From Octopus sinensis (lineage: Eukaryota), in assembly GCF_006345805.1 (NCBI RefSeq), contig NC_043003.1, positions 77,004,001 through 77,068,000 on the forward strand: DNA of 64,000 nucleotides, written 5' to 3'. A program made the translations under genes and the position numbers. The notes under the pieces are model-generated. The model was not told the origin of the DNA, made no database searches, and saw only the letters and a list, made by a program, of their open reading frames with translations. Shown here one piece after another: positions 51,177 to 64,000 of this stretch. Position 1 is the first letter of the stretch, and each line of letters begins with the position of its first letter.

Positions 51177-52001
51177 ATGCCTCCAAAATAGAAGATGAGA
51201 TATGACGAATCATATTTGAAAATCGGTTTTACAGTGATAAATTCTGGTGAAGAAGAAAAACCGCAGTGCATTTTGTGCTTCGAAGTGTTGGCAACTACTT
51301 CACTAAAACCCAGCATGTTAAAGAGACACTTGGAAACTAAGCATCCCAGTTCAACTCAAAAAGATGCAGACTTCTTAAAACGCAAAACCGAAAGAGTGAT
51401 TGAATCCAGACTTGGTGACTTGGAAATGTTTTCGCAAGACATTACGGCTGGTCTGAAGGCTTCTTATGAGGTTTCGAGGAAAATTGCTGCCGGCAGATAA
51501 TCCCATAACATTGGAGAAACGTTGATATTGCCTTGCAGCAAAGATATTATGTCGAATGTGCTGGGAAGTTCTGAATTACAAAAGCTAAGGTATGCGTCCC
51601 TGTCAAACGATACTGTTAGCTAGCGAATAACCGAAAGGTCCTATAGCATTCTGTTAAAAGTGGTCTTGAAAATTCAGAAGTCAATGTTTAACGTTTTTGC
51701 AATCAAATTTGATAAAATGACGGATGTCGCCAACTTTGCGACTATGTTGGTTATGTATATGACAAGCACCTGGCAGACAAATTCTTGTTTTGCGAAAGCC
51801 TAAGTTCCGAGACAACTGCAAAGGAAATATTTGTCAAAGTTGCAAAAATACGCACGGTATTAGGTGGGAGCGTGTTGCTGGAGTGTGCACCGACGGTGGC
51901 CCGGTGATGCCTGGTTGCCGTTCTAGTTTTCAAACTTTGGTGAAAGAAATGTCTACAGATGCTATTGGTACACACTCCTTATTCATCGTCAAGCACTGAT
52001 G
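51177..52001 (+). pseudogene. Buster-type hAT transposase (ZBED5/SCAND3-like), BED finger and start of catalytic domain
   Basis: MPPK*KMRYDESYLKIGFT..KPQCILCFEVLATTSLKPSMLKRHLETKH..KASYEVS, HNIGETLILP, SLSNDTV, CTDGGP and IHRQAL; stops and frameshifts. Confidence 0.9.
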
Positions 52002-52189
52002 GTAATCGGAGTTGATAAAACAAGTACCAGTTTCATTATTTTATTATATAAACACATAAATAGATGAGTGTATTTTTCCATTGTTAAAAATTAACACGGG
52101 GAAAAAAATAGATAAATAGTTACCAGGGTAGCAAAAAGTAAAGAGGTTGTAACTCCTTGTTTTTAAAGGTAGAAACTTCGCGTTTACGT

Positions 52190-52366
52190 GGAACTTTTTA
52201 TATAATATATAAATAAATAAAATGGAGTTTAACGCAGGTATAATTCAAATACATTTACTTCCGACACATGTTTCGAAGATATCACTGATATTATTCCAAT
52301 AATAATTTTATCACTGATATTATTCTAATAATAATAATATATATATATTATATATATATATTATTC

Positions 52367-52397
<31 letters not shown>

Positions 52398-52441
52398 ATA
52401 TATAATAATAATAATAATATTAAGGAGTAATTGTTTTTACA

Positions 52442-52495
<54 letters not shown>

Positions 52496-52532
52496 TGATT
52501 TGCCTAATAGTGGTTTTATCTCTAATTTAATA

Positions 52533-52540
<8 letters not shown>
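52190..52540. mobile_element. PLE terminal remnants in TA-rich DNA
   Basis: 52494-52530 resembles the pLTR end (aatagtggttttatctctaat). The minus strand at about 52257-52290 carries only the 3' half of a hammerhead (GAAACATGTGTC-GGAAG). Confidence 0.45.
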
Positions 52541-52581
<41 letters not shown>

Positions 52582-52787
52582 GATAGAATGTCTTCCATGC
52601 TACACCACTGGTGCAGAGTGTTAAAGAACATTTTAACGAATTTTTTCATCAGTTTCGTAAAATTAGGTTTATACTTTAAAATTTTCATACTATTTATGAC
52701 GTCATATTTTTAGTCTCTCTCTCTAAGCGAATGTATGTGTGCACGAATGTGTTAATGCCAGGTTGAGCGTGTGTGTGCGTGTGTGTA

Positions 52788-52824
<37 letters not shown>

Positions 52825-53220
52825 GTGTGCGTGCGCTTATGAGCGGCCGTGTGTTATGATTATATCTATATCAACATATTTGTTTCAGACTGCGTATGTG
52901 CGTCTGTCTTCTACAAATCATAAAGCGTATGCTTGTACGATGTATGGGTACATATTTATATTTAAAAGCTTTACTGATCATATAAAATATTTGCTTCTGC
53001 TTCTTTGTAAACTTTTATACATACACACACATACACATATGTATATATGTGTGTGTGTATGTGTGTATACATGTATGTATGCATATATATATATATATCA
53101 TATATATACATATATGTAAACGCATATATTTGTATATATGTACATATGTGTGTGTGTTTGTGCGTGTGTTTGTTTGAGTGTGTGTTTGATTGTGTGTGTG
53201 TATACTTATATGTATATGTG

Positions 53221-53251
<31 letters not shown>

Positions 53252-53380
53252 TTGTGTGTGTGTATTTACAAATGTGTGCATATATAAGTATCTATGTGTA
53301 TGTATCTATATATTATAGAAGCACATACATTATATGTATACACATACGTGAATATATACATATATGTGTGTGTGTGTTTG

Positions 53381-53501
<121 letters not shown>

Positions 53502-53959
53502 ATATATAATATATATATACACGTGTGTATGTATGCAACGTTAATAACTATATAAATATCTATACAAGCATATTGAGACGCCACACATTCCCCTACGATC
53601 TAAGCAATTAATCTTCATATCCTAACTTTATCGACCAGCTTTGTATTCTTCACACAAGCTGTTTGCAATTGGCAGAGCAGAAAACATTGACAAATTACAT
53701 AGCGTTTTGGTGGCTGGGTCAGATTGAAGACTTTTTATATTTTTGTTTTCATTTTTGTTTTTATTTTGTTTCTGGGTTTTTGTTTTTTGTTTGCTTTTTA
53801 CATAGTTATTTGTTGGCAACGTGATAGAAAGAGGACTGTTGTGGTCAACTGGTTATTGATCGAACCTCTTTCTCTGTAGTGTTGTCAGTTCGTGTCCCAT
53901 GCGAGGAGCTGCTTTTTTTTTACACATAGTCAGGTGTTATTATTATTATTATTATTATT

Positions 53960-54625
53960 CAGTAGTATTATTTTTTCACGTGCTTTCACTGCACTACCGA
54001 GCACATCTCTGTGTGCCTTGGGTATGGGCTGTGGTTTCTTGGGATGCTCTTATGATTACTGTATTGAAAGTGTCTTGCGTAGGATGTGTGCAGTGCCCTG
54101 TAGTGCAATTTTCAGTATGCTATATATATTTGTTAGTCCTGTTTTTTTTTTGTTATGTATTTGTCTAAATATTTTTTTATCATACCTAATGCGCCCACAA
54201 TGATAAGAATCGTTTCTGTTTTTAGACTCGACATTCGAGTTACCTATATTTCTAGGTCTCTGTATTTTGAAAGTTTCTCTATTTCTTTTAGAGAAACGTT
54301 GTCATCTGTTGGTATTGATATATCAATTAAAAAGCTTTCTTTTGTTTTTCTTCCTGATCTCTGACAACTATATCTGGCCAATTGGCCTTAATTCCTCTGT
54401 CTATGTGAATTGGCATATCCCATAATATTGTTGCTTTCTCATTTTCTGTGACATTCTCTGGTGTGTGCATATACCATTTTTTTTATTCCATAGTGTTGGC
54501 ATAGCTTCCACTGTATGTAGGTCCCAACACTGTCATGTCTTAGCTAGGACTGGGCAGCCAGAAACAATATGATTTATTGTTTCTTGTCCATCACATATTC
54601 TGCAGTTACTTATGTTTCTTTTCAA
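53960..54625 (-). mobile_element. R4/Dong-clade relic (subfamily D)
   Basis: CRICDGQETINHIVSGCP, RHDSVGTYIQWKLCQHYG, TILWDMPIH..IKANWPDIVV, LIDISIP and IALQGTAHILRKTL; (TAA)n on both sides. Confidence 0.88.
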
Positions 54626-54640
54626 TTATTATTATTATTA

Positions 54641-54706
<66 letters not shown>

Positions 54707-54708
54707 CG

Positions 54709-54748
<40 letters not shown>

Positions 54749-55949
54749 CACTTTAAACTGTCGTAGCTGAACTAGTTTTCGAAGCTCCCTACCTTGCTTC
54801 GTATCTGTTAATTTTATAGTTTTGTCATGTTGTTAAGTCGACCAAGGCAATAAGGGACAGTACGCTGGCTTTTGCTTTTTGCACCGTAGAGCAGAATTTT
54901 GAAGGAAACAAAACTTAGTTTAAATCAAATCAGAAATTTTCAAAATCGCTTCCACGTTCTCGTTTCCTTCGCAGTCAACACACTCCTCACACATCACCAT
55001 GTTAGTAGTAATAACTAGTTGTAACTGTAGCAGCAATGGTAACAAAATAGCACCAGCAGCAGCAACAAGCGCAGCTGCAAGAATAACAATAGCGTCAGCA
55101 ACAACAGCAGCAGCAGTGATAGTGTGACAAACAGAATTGGGAGCATGAACAAGGAAACCATTCCGGCTTCCCAAAATGTCACCAACGCGAGAGGAAACTT
55201 CATTGCCACTGCTGCCATCCCTGTAGCCACAAAAACTCTAGTTGCAGAAATGGAACCGCTACATCTATGTCATTAACCAACGTTACAAGTAGTAGATGCA
55301 AAACAAAGGCTACAGCAGCAGCAACACTGGCAACACCAGCAGCTGAAGCCCACTGAAGTCGTTCATTTGCTGACGTTGCAAAAGGTTTTGATTTATCCCA
55401 TTGACCAAAATGAACATCATGGCTTGGAAGAAGCACAACAACACAATACGTGTCTGTATTCGCTTCGGAACATTCGGACGTGTCGTGTGACGAAGGTAAC
55501 GAGGGATATTCTAAAAAGCAAACGATTGCCAATAGACTGAAGAGAAAAAAGAAAAAAAATATGCCAAAGAAAAAATTAGAAGTTCGGACGAAGAGAGAGA
55601 TGTATTTGAGCAACACATCCATCAGTAGCACCAACACTATCAACGCCTTCATCACCATCACCATCGTCGTCGTCGTCATCATCACTACCATTACATTACC
55701 AATAATATAAACAGAAACACAGCCTAATTCACACCCACATCATCATATATCCCAACATGAACAAATGGAAACTTATTAACTCAACTCCAGTCATTGACAC
55801 AAGCAACAAGAAAATTAATGAATCACAAGCATCAACGTATAGATACCGCAACAAATAGCATAGCGACGCACAGAAAAATCATAAAAAGAAACTAAAAGAT
55901 AAAACCTTTTGAAAACCAAATATCCCAGGGACTATTAACAAATGACTTG

Positions 55950-57900
55950 TCCCTGTTTCCATCGGTAAGTCGTTGTAAGCAAAAACGGAACACCTTCCTT
56001 CTACAGGAATAAAGTGATTGGTCCTTTTCAATTTCCACCTTTTGTCTAGCATGTCAACACTCAGAAGCGATCGTATGGTTGCGCTAACCAAGGGTCGTTG
56101 GAAGCATATAGATATTGGAGTTATCAGCGAAACTAGTATTTTCTAGGTACCATTCTCCACACCCAATTTCGATCAATTTTTCAGAGAGAAAGGAAAAGGC
56201 TACTTTGTCAGCGATAAGACGCGTACTTTACGATACGAAGGAAGAAATACAGCTTGAAGGGTTAGGTGAGTAGTAACGTAAAGGTTACAACAAAACCAAA
56301 ATTAGACTCCTAGTCTATTCGTTTCTGAGCGGTTTTTCAGCGACAATTCACTCGATTGTTGGAGACGAGTGATGAGTCGGATCACAGGATAAATTTCAGC
56401 ACCTAGGTCAATGGCCAACCACGACACTTATCAATGGAAGTAGAGTGCTGCGAAAAGCTAATAAATGCTGTTGAAATACGGGAAGTGTTAACTGGCCAGA
56501 AATTGTCTGATTAGGGTGCTCTACCTCACAACTTTTTATTTCTCTATGCCATCAGACGAGAGCATCTCATCTTTTGACTGACGACCACAACAACTGACAA
56601 TAAAACAGGAGAATTTCCACTTCTGAAATCTGAGGAGTGGTGGCACTGCTAAGAAAGCATCCGCATTACAATTTTCGTCCCAGGACTCAGTTAAGTGAAT
56701 TGCTTGAGATTTTGACTAACTTGTTAGCAAAAGATTAGCGCTTGTTGCTAATGGAGTATCCGTTAATACGCAGAGATATGACATGACAAACAGATCTATC
56801 TATGTAAACCTCCACATCATACGATACATCAAAGAGAAGGATGTAAGGAACTTGACATGGGTGGGACTCTGATCAACTTAAATCAATCGAAAGCTTTTGA
56901 TAGATGCGACCGTCACTACTAAGCGACTGTCCTCAAGGCAGCTGGTTTGAGTCTCGTTTTTAAGAGTTGTATTAGTACAAAGTACAGTCGCATCTGCGAC
57001 GTGGTCAGGGTAAATTTCGCTGGAAATCATGCTCCTGAGGTTGTCCCCTCATGTCTTGTCCTTCCTGTATGTATTAACTCTAGAACCACTATTGCAGAAA
57101 CTAGAAACTTCTAGGTGCAGCCGCACAAATAAGGATGCAAAAGATCTATATCGGCATATGCGGATGTCGTCATCGACATAATGTCGGAGACCAAGAATAT
57201 CGAGATGACCAGTATCGATCTAAAGAACAACGAAACAGTCACAGAAGCCAGTATCAACCAAATACATATCTATGCCATCCAAAAGTATCGTGGAACGCTG
57301 GACGAACGGCCCGGTTAAATTCTTTCGTGTTGGTTTGTTCCAGATTTTCAGGTGGACATGAACTGGAACTTGGTAACAAGCATTACAAGCATGATGGCTA
57401 GGCTTATTCAGAAATGGGCCGAGAGGAAGCTACTCCGGGCAGATGTTGAGAGCCCCTACCACATTACTCCACTATCTATTACCACCTGACCATGTTCTGC
57501 CTTTTTTCAGGTCTGATCAGACGAGAGCATCTCATCCCCCTATTCTCGTTTTGTGGAAGGGGTATTTTCGGCAGATCAGACGGTCCATCTGCTCTCAACA
57601 CTCACCGCGTGGAGGAGTGGACATACTGGGACTATTGATGTGGCAATTTGCCATACTGTACCTAATGATGATCAAAGATTCACATTTATTCTTTCGATTT
57701 GTATAAGAAAGTCCCACAACTCACTCGTTTTCGGAGGTTTGCAATTCTATTCTCACATAAGAAAAGTAGATCATATGATACCCTCTGCGTGTTATATATC
57801 TACCTAAGCCTGTGTCACATCTATGCGATAATGCAACATGAGTACCTCAGTAAAGGACAATGGTGATGTTGACCCTTCTTTCGCGTCAACTTTTTAGCAG
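55950..57900 (+). mobile_element. Tx1/L1-clade LINE relic
   Basis: RSIYVNLHIIRY, GGTLINLNQSKAFDRCD, FLYVLTLEPLLQKLE and SAYADVV; heavily decayed, boundaries uncertain. Confidence 0.75.
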
Positions 57901-58651
57901 AGTACGAGATGATGGTGAATTCCAAAGTTACTAGTTCTAATGATCGTCGAAAACCGCAGCGTTATTTTGGAGCTGTTTTGGTCTAGATAGAGAAACGATG
58001 CCGATGAGTCTGACATTTCAAAACAGAAAGCCAAGTCTATACACATGTAGTAAGGCTTATGTTAATGATAACTATCCGGATGTAGTTAGTAAACAGAAAA
58101 ATAAGAGCAATAACAACAACAGCAACAAGTGTTGATATTTTCACAGCACAAGTGAACGATGTTCCGGAAACAGCACAAGAGTTCACTTTGTCTTCAATCT
58201 CAAAACTGACAACCGAGCTGATGAAGCTCCTTCAAAGTAGAGGCACAGTGTCGTTTTACGATGATAGTCAGAGGGGGCAAGAATGGAGGAGAAAAACTAG
58301 GAATTCTATCAGAAGACGTATACACGGCGGGAAGAAGAGCCTAAACCACAATGTTGCACAATTTTACACGGCTTCGAAAGGACATGCTTAATATCATACT
58401 ACAGTTGTTCGTGTTAGTTATACTAGTAGTAGGAGTGTCATTAATAACTGAATGAGATGGAGAGACTATAAAATCGTTCTGTGAACATTTCAGTGATTAC
58501 GTTTCAGAGGACGTGAAGACCGCCATGTCTCGTTGGTAGCCAAGAATAATACTACAGATTCCAGAAGGGAAACCTTTCAGTATATTTTGCAATTCAGTTT
58601 TGATTCTGTCGTATGCTTCTTCTTGTTGTGACTACTGTTATTATTATTATT

Positions 58652-59194
58652 GAGTGAGAGAGCAGTGCAAACCATCAAAGTGGCATGGAGTACAAATAGG
58701 CGAAGCCCGATATACATCATGACTACCCACCTGATAATGGAACACCAGGCACATGTATCACAACCATATATGCGCGACATGGTGACCTCGCATCACAGCG
58801 CATGAACTTGCAGCTGGGGCCGAGTTAGAATTTTCTTTTGGTCGAGTACCCATCCCTCTGGAAAGGTCGCTGAATAAGAGCTGTTTAAGGATGTTGAACG
58901 AAACGTTCATGTTTCTAGAGGTGAATTATTCAAACCCCCAAAATTCATCTTGACACATGGCTATACTGCTCCCACTCCACTACTTCTGCTCGTGATCAGA
59001 GATGCATATATCGTTAGTCACTAAGGGACTTGCTCAACTGGTTAACGTCAAGGAACTGACAAGAAAATCTGTTGTAATGTGCAGAATATTTGCTGTAGCC
59101 CTTCTTTTATACCAAGACAAAGCAAATACATCATAATACTCCCAATTAGATAAGACCAGGAGCCACGAGGGTCACTGCCTGGTGTTGCCTGAGA
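58652..59194 (-). mobile_element. TAA-flanked ~540-bp insert, probably the 3' end of a TAA-targeting non-LTR element
   Basis: High-complexity block bounded by (TTA)n on both sides in the same polarity as the Dong copies; no protein motif recognised. Confidence 0.4.
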
Positions 59195-59200
59195 TTATTA

Positions 59201-59301
<101 letters not shown>

Positions 59302-59361
59302 GGTGGTGGTGGTGGTGGTGGTGGTGGTGGTGGTGTTATTGCTGTTGTTGTTGTTATTATT

Positions 59362-59553
59362 AAGGCGGTGAGCTGGCAGAATGGTTAGCGGTATTTCAAC
59401 CGATCCTACGATCTAAGTTCAAATTCCGCCCAGATCGAGTTTGCTTTCATCCTTTCGGGGTCGATTAACTAAGTAACAGTCACACACTGGGGTCGATGTA
59501 ATCGACTTAATCCCTCCCCCCCCCAAATTTCAGGCCTTGTGCTTCCAGTAGAA
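59362..59553 (+). mobile_element. SINE family C with (ATT)n tail
   Basis: Head gagctggcagaa, B box gttcaaattcc and central domain; the tail merges with the Dong target tract. Confidence 0.85.
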
Positions 59554-59577
59554 ATTATTATTATTATTATTATTATT

Positions 59578-61588
59578 CTATGTTGGACTTTTGCTTTATA
59601 TTTGTACAAGTTGGCTCCAAGTCTCACCCAGAGACCTCAAGAGACAACAGGGTGGAAGTTCATGTTGTTGTTATGCCTAGTGTGCCATATATTTGGGGGT
59701 GGGGATGTTGTACTAATGAATGTCTAAAAAAAAGGTTTTTTTTTTTTTTTAAACCGAAAATTATGTTTGTTTTAAACCTTGAGATTACATAGAGAGTATT
59801 TTGCGTAGGATATGAGCAGTTCCCATGAGCACTATCTTTTGAACTTCTGCCATTTTTGGGTTTCCTGGTATCTGAGTTAGGTAGCTGTCAGCCCCTTTTG
59901 CTATCATTCCCAGGGCACCTATGACAACAGGTATTGTTTTAGTCTTCAGCTTCCACATTTTGCTGATTTCTATTTCAAGATCTTTATATTTGCTCAGTTT
60001 TTGGTAGGTCTTGACAGATACGTTTATATCGATTGGGACAGTCATATCAATGAGGAGGCATGTTCTTTGTTTGAAGTCTTTCAATATGATGTCTGGCCTA
60101 TTTGCATCTATCTTCCTGTCAGTTTGAATGGTGAAGTTCCAGAGGAGTGAGATGTGGTCATTTTCAAGCACTGGGGGTGGTTTGTGTTCCCACCAGTTTT
60201 TTTCATGGGGCAAATCCAGGTTTTTACAGATTACCCAGTGAATATATTGTGCAGCTCTATCGTGCCTGTTGAGATACTCTGTAGGCGCTAGAAGACTGCA
60301 CTTGGAGACCACATGGTCAATGGTTTCATTTTGTTGCTTGCATACACGACACGTTGGACTGCTTCTGATCTTTAATATGTTGGCCTGGTAGTTTCTTGTT
60401 GGTAGGCATTGATCTTGAGCTGCTATGATAAACCCCTCTGTTTCAGATTTTAAGCCAGAGGCCATTAGCCATTGATGGGTCAGGGCTTTGTCGATATCTG
60501 CATTATTCGCTCTCTTTGGGTATTTGCCATAGAGAGGTTTTTCTTGCCATTTATTATTCAGAATATCTAAGGCCGCAGTTTTGGCACGGGTTTTCATGCG
60601 CCTAGCTTTTTCTGTGCTTGTTTCTTGTATATCTATCTCTAATTCCGAAATTGGTTGTATTCGGAATTCACTTAGATATTCCTTTGCCTGTTTTGTGACT
60701 GAGTATGATGCTTTCTTGTTTTCATGTTTTGAGACAAGTTTTAACATCCAGTCCTCAGAGTTTTTCAGGTAGGTGTCTAGGCCAATTGTAGCAATCTTCA
60801 TTGTTATTGCCAGTTGCAAAAGACCACGGCCTCCCTCTTTTCTTGGCAGATAGAGTCGTTCTGTATCTGCCTTAGGGTGGTGCATTCTATGCATTGTCAA
60901 CAGTTTCCTTATTTTTCTGTCGAGCTGACATATTTCAGTAATTGACCAGTTAACAATATTGAAACTGTAAGTCACGGCTGGTATAGCTAATGCATTGATT
61001 GCTTCGATCTTGTTTCTTGCATTCAGCTCTGTCTTGAGTATTGCTCTCACTCTTCGATAGCATTCTCTCCTGATCCTTTCCTTCATCTCTGAATGCCTTA
61101 TTCCGTTCCCTTCAATTACCCCTAGGTACTTGTAGCTCTCCGCTGGGTCTAGTTCTTTTATGACATTCTGTTGGTCAAGGTTAACGTTAGATGTTTCTGT
61201 CATTTTTCCTTTGATAAAGGTAGCCTTTGCACATTTATCGAGGCCGAATTGCATTCTGATGTCGTCACTGAATTGTTTGACTATCGCTAGTAAGCCCTTG
61301 AGTTGTTGATCATTTTTTGCAAAAAACTTTAAATCATCCATGTAAACGAGATGATTTATATTTTTATCAAACATTTTATACCCGTACTGCGCGTCATTGA
61401 GCAGCTTTGAGAGAGGTATTAAGGATAAACAAAAGAGGAGTGGTGACAGTGAGTCACCCTGGAAAATGCCACACGAAATTTTTACATCACCAGCATTTAA
61501 GGATTCACTGTCACTGTTCAGAGTTAGTGTGGTTCTCCATGATCTCATATGTCACTGTTCAGAGTTAGTGTGGTTCTCCATGATCTCA

Positions 61589-61590
<2 letters not shown>
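59578..61590 (-). mobile_element. R4/Dong-clade retrotransposon, young 5'-truncated copy
   Basis: Uninterrupted coding frame, about 200-bp 3' UTR, (TAA)n at 59554-59577 and 61591-61650, and a 41-bp tandem duplication at the 5' junction. Confidence 0.96.
59785..61548 (-). CDS. R4/Dong ORF fragment: RT C-terminal part, CCHC zinc knuckle, restriction-like endonuclease (587 aa)
   Basis: GIFQGDSLSPLLF, HLVYMDDLK, FGLDKC, YKYLG, CRVC..ETIDHVVSKC, RHD, RPDIILKD..LIDMTVP..K..KY and IPVVIGALG. RT motifs 0-3 are absent, so it is not an autonomous copy. Confidence 0.95.
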   Translation of the reverse strand: MRSWRTTLTLNSDSESLNAGDVKISCGIFQGDSLSPLLFCLSLIPLSKLLNDAQYGYKMFDKNINHLVYMDDLKFFAKNDQQLKGLLAIVKQFSDDIRMQFGLDKCAKATFIKGKMTETSNVNLDQQNVIKELDPAESYKYLGVIEGNGIRHSEMKERIRRECYRRVRAILKTELNARNKIEAINALAIPAVTYSFNIVNWSITEICQLDRKIRKLLTMHRMHHPKADTERLYLPRKEGGRGLLQLAITMKIATIGLDTYLKNSEDWMLKLVSKHENKKASYSVTKQAKEYLSEFRIQPISELEIDIQETSTEKARRMKTRAKTAALDILNNKWQEKPLYGKYPKRANNADIDKALTHQWLMASGLKSETEGFIIAAQDQCLPTRNYQANILKIRSSPTCRVCKQQNETIDHVVSKCSLLAPTEYLNRHDRAAQYIHWVICKNLDLPHEKNWWEHKPPPVLENDHISLLWNFTIQTDRKIDANRPDIILKDFKQRTCLLIDMTVPIDINVSVKTYQKLSKYKDLEIEISKMWKLKTKTIPVVIGALGMIAKGADSYLTQIPGNPKMAEVQKIVLMGTAHILRKILSM

Positions 61591-61652
<62 letters not shown>

Positions 61653-62186
61653 AATACCAGTATTATTTCTTTTCGCCTATGTACCTAAACACAAAAATAA
61701 ACAAAAACCTACCCATCACATTAATACACTGTACCATACACCATATCTTAAAAAAAGCTTTATTTGAAACGACAAAAAATTTTTCCCACACTATATTTCT
61801 TCGTTTCTTTGCCACTTCTACACCAATTTTACAACTATTTCATTTCCCTTCCATTTACTATTCGAATCTATAAAATTTTTGATATCTTTCCTCTGTATTT
61901 GTCTTCAATTTATTTCATTCTAGTTTCTTACAAATTTGTTTCTTGTTTCACTATTTTTTAAAGAAATATCACCATTTTTCATGTACGCTTTTACAAATTT
62001 TTTGCCCTGCACACACGCGCGCGCGCACATAGTCATACATGCGTACATACACACATATACACACATATATGTACATACATGTATGCTTATATATACATGT
62101 AATGTATGCATATACATATGTACGTGTTTTAGTATGAATAGTGTACATATATATATATACATATATACATATATATATATATATAT

Positions 62187-62226
<40 letters not shown>

Positions 62227-62310
62227 GTACATCTGTATGCATATATGTATGTGTGTAGAGATACGTATATGCATATATACACATATACATATATATACAC
62301 ACACACACAC

Positions 62311-62365
<55 letters not shown>

Positions 62366-62804
62366 TATCTATAAAAACACCACCCACACACATACACATA
62401 GTTGGGTTTTTTTTACATCAAATCCATTGCATCACTGTTCTCACCCATTTATTTATCTATTTATCGATCCTTTATTTTCCCACCTTTTCGAAAAGTTATT
62501 TCAGTTTCAATCTATCTGACATTTTTTCTATTATCTTCAATTGTTCTTCTCTTGTCTTCACTCACAATTTTTTTTCGACATCTTCCTACAATTTTTTTTT
62601 CTCTCCTCATTTAGTTTCATTTTATATTTTTACTGTTGCTCTTTCATTCGCCCCCTTTTCTCCCACCGCCCAGCACGCTCTCCATTTCTTTCTTCCATCT
62701 AAACTTTCACTCATATAAAAAAAAAAGATATTTGATTTTACATGTGCGGATATATAAATACATAGATAGATATGTATGTGTGTGTGTTCGTATGAATGCA
62801 TGTA

Positions 62805-62841
<37 letters not shown>

Positions 62842-63086
62842 GAATATATATACATATGTATACATATATGCATCTATATACACATGTATACATATATACT
62901 TATATATATATACATGTATATATAATATATATATATATGTATATATATACACATATATATATATTTACATATACATCATATATATATGTATGTACGTATG
63001 CACATGTATATATATATATCTTTGTACATATATATTTATATGTATATATTTATATATATATGTATATACACACATATACGAATATG

Positions 63087-63126
<40 letters not shown>

Positions 63127-63319
63127 GTGTGTGTGTGTGTGTGTGGTGTGTGTGTGTGTATATATATATTTATACATACACCAGGTCTTATATGTATATA
63201 TAAGTATGTGTGTGTGTACACACCATATAAAAATATATATATTACGCGCATGCACACATACACTACACACTCACATACATGCATACATACATACATACAT
63301 ACATACATACATACATACA

Positions 63320-63352
<33 letters not shown>

Positions 63353-64000
63353 CACTTTCCAGTCATTCCCTACTTCGGTATACGTTATACATACATTTGT
63401 ATCGGTTTCTCCCTTTTTCGCACTTTCTACCTTCCATTTTAATTCCAATCATCTTGTGATATATCTTTCATTTCTTTAGCATCCCTTTTCTCATTTTATT
63501 TCATATCTTTTCTCTTTCACCAATATTTTTTTTTTTTAAATTCCATCTGATATGCATACACTCATATAGAAAAAGCATCGTACGAACATTTGCACACTCA
63601 TACGTTCTCGTGCTCACACATGCTCACACGCTCACACACACACACACTCGTATGCATACTTATATGTGCGTTTAGGTGTGCGAATGAGTCTGTGAATCCA
63701 TTATATAATTACATATATGTGTGTGCGTGTGTATAATTGTATAATGGATTCACATGTATGGTGTGTAGTGTGTGTATGTATGTATGTATGTATGTACGTA
63801 TATTCGCACGTATATATCTATAGATATACATGTATACTTACATATGTGTACGCTTTTGCATGCGTTTATATATGTTCGCGTACGTCTCTGTATGCTTGCA
63901 CGTGTGTGCCGGTGTGCCTGTAAGTCTGCTTGTGCGTGTGTGTGTGCGTGTTTGTGTGTGCGTGTGTGTGTGAGTGTATGTGTGTATGTTAAGGAGGAAG

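Larger units (their letters stand above)
49474..52001 (+). mobile_element. hAT (Buster/Charlie-like) transposon relic, left end plus 5' part of transposase
   Basis: Charlie-like terminus cctaggttctcaaagtggggtccgcg at 49474 and downstream transposase homology. Right end not found, and the linkage of terminus to ORF is inferred. Confidence 0.6.

Overview
Repeat-saturated, AT-rich animal genomic DNA. The microsatellite density and tRNA-derived SINE families suggest an octopus or other coleoid cephalopod; this is inference. I found no convincing host protein-coding exon, rRNA, intact tRNA or CRISPR array, and almost all ORF-track entries are microsatellite artefacts. The most informative object is a near-complete Penelope-like element (PLE, 40711-47798, +) sitting in (TA)n. 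It has an RT plus C-terminal GIY-YIG reading frame (frameshifted), two ~0.72-kb direct repeats (pseudo-LTRs) and an 80-bp inverted terminal copy. Each pseudo-LTR carries an identical minimal type-I hammerhead ribozyme with a palindromic loop 3, and the 3' region is an unusually long 3.6 kb with degenerate tandem blocks and an internal inverted block. A second PLE family leaves fold-back termini with a variant (CCGACGA) hammerhead core at 23279-23571. Five R4/Dong-type RLE LINE insertions from about four subfamilies all sit in (TAA)n; three form a head-to-tail chain at 7.7-12.0 kb and one retains a 587-codon ORF. Also present are two PLE relics (one split in-frame by a mariner), RTE and Tx1/L1 relics, a Buster/Charlie hAT relic, a maT-like fragment, three SINE families and several small local inverted duplications. 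Coordinates were read by eye; relic boundaries are approximate.
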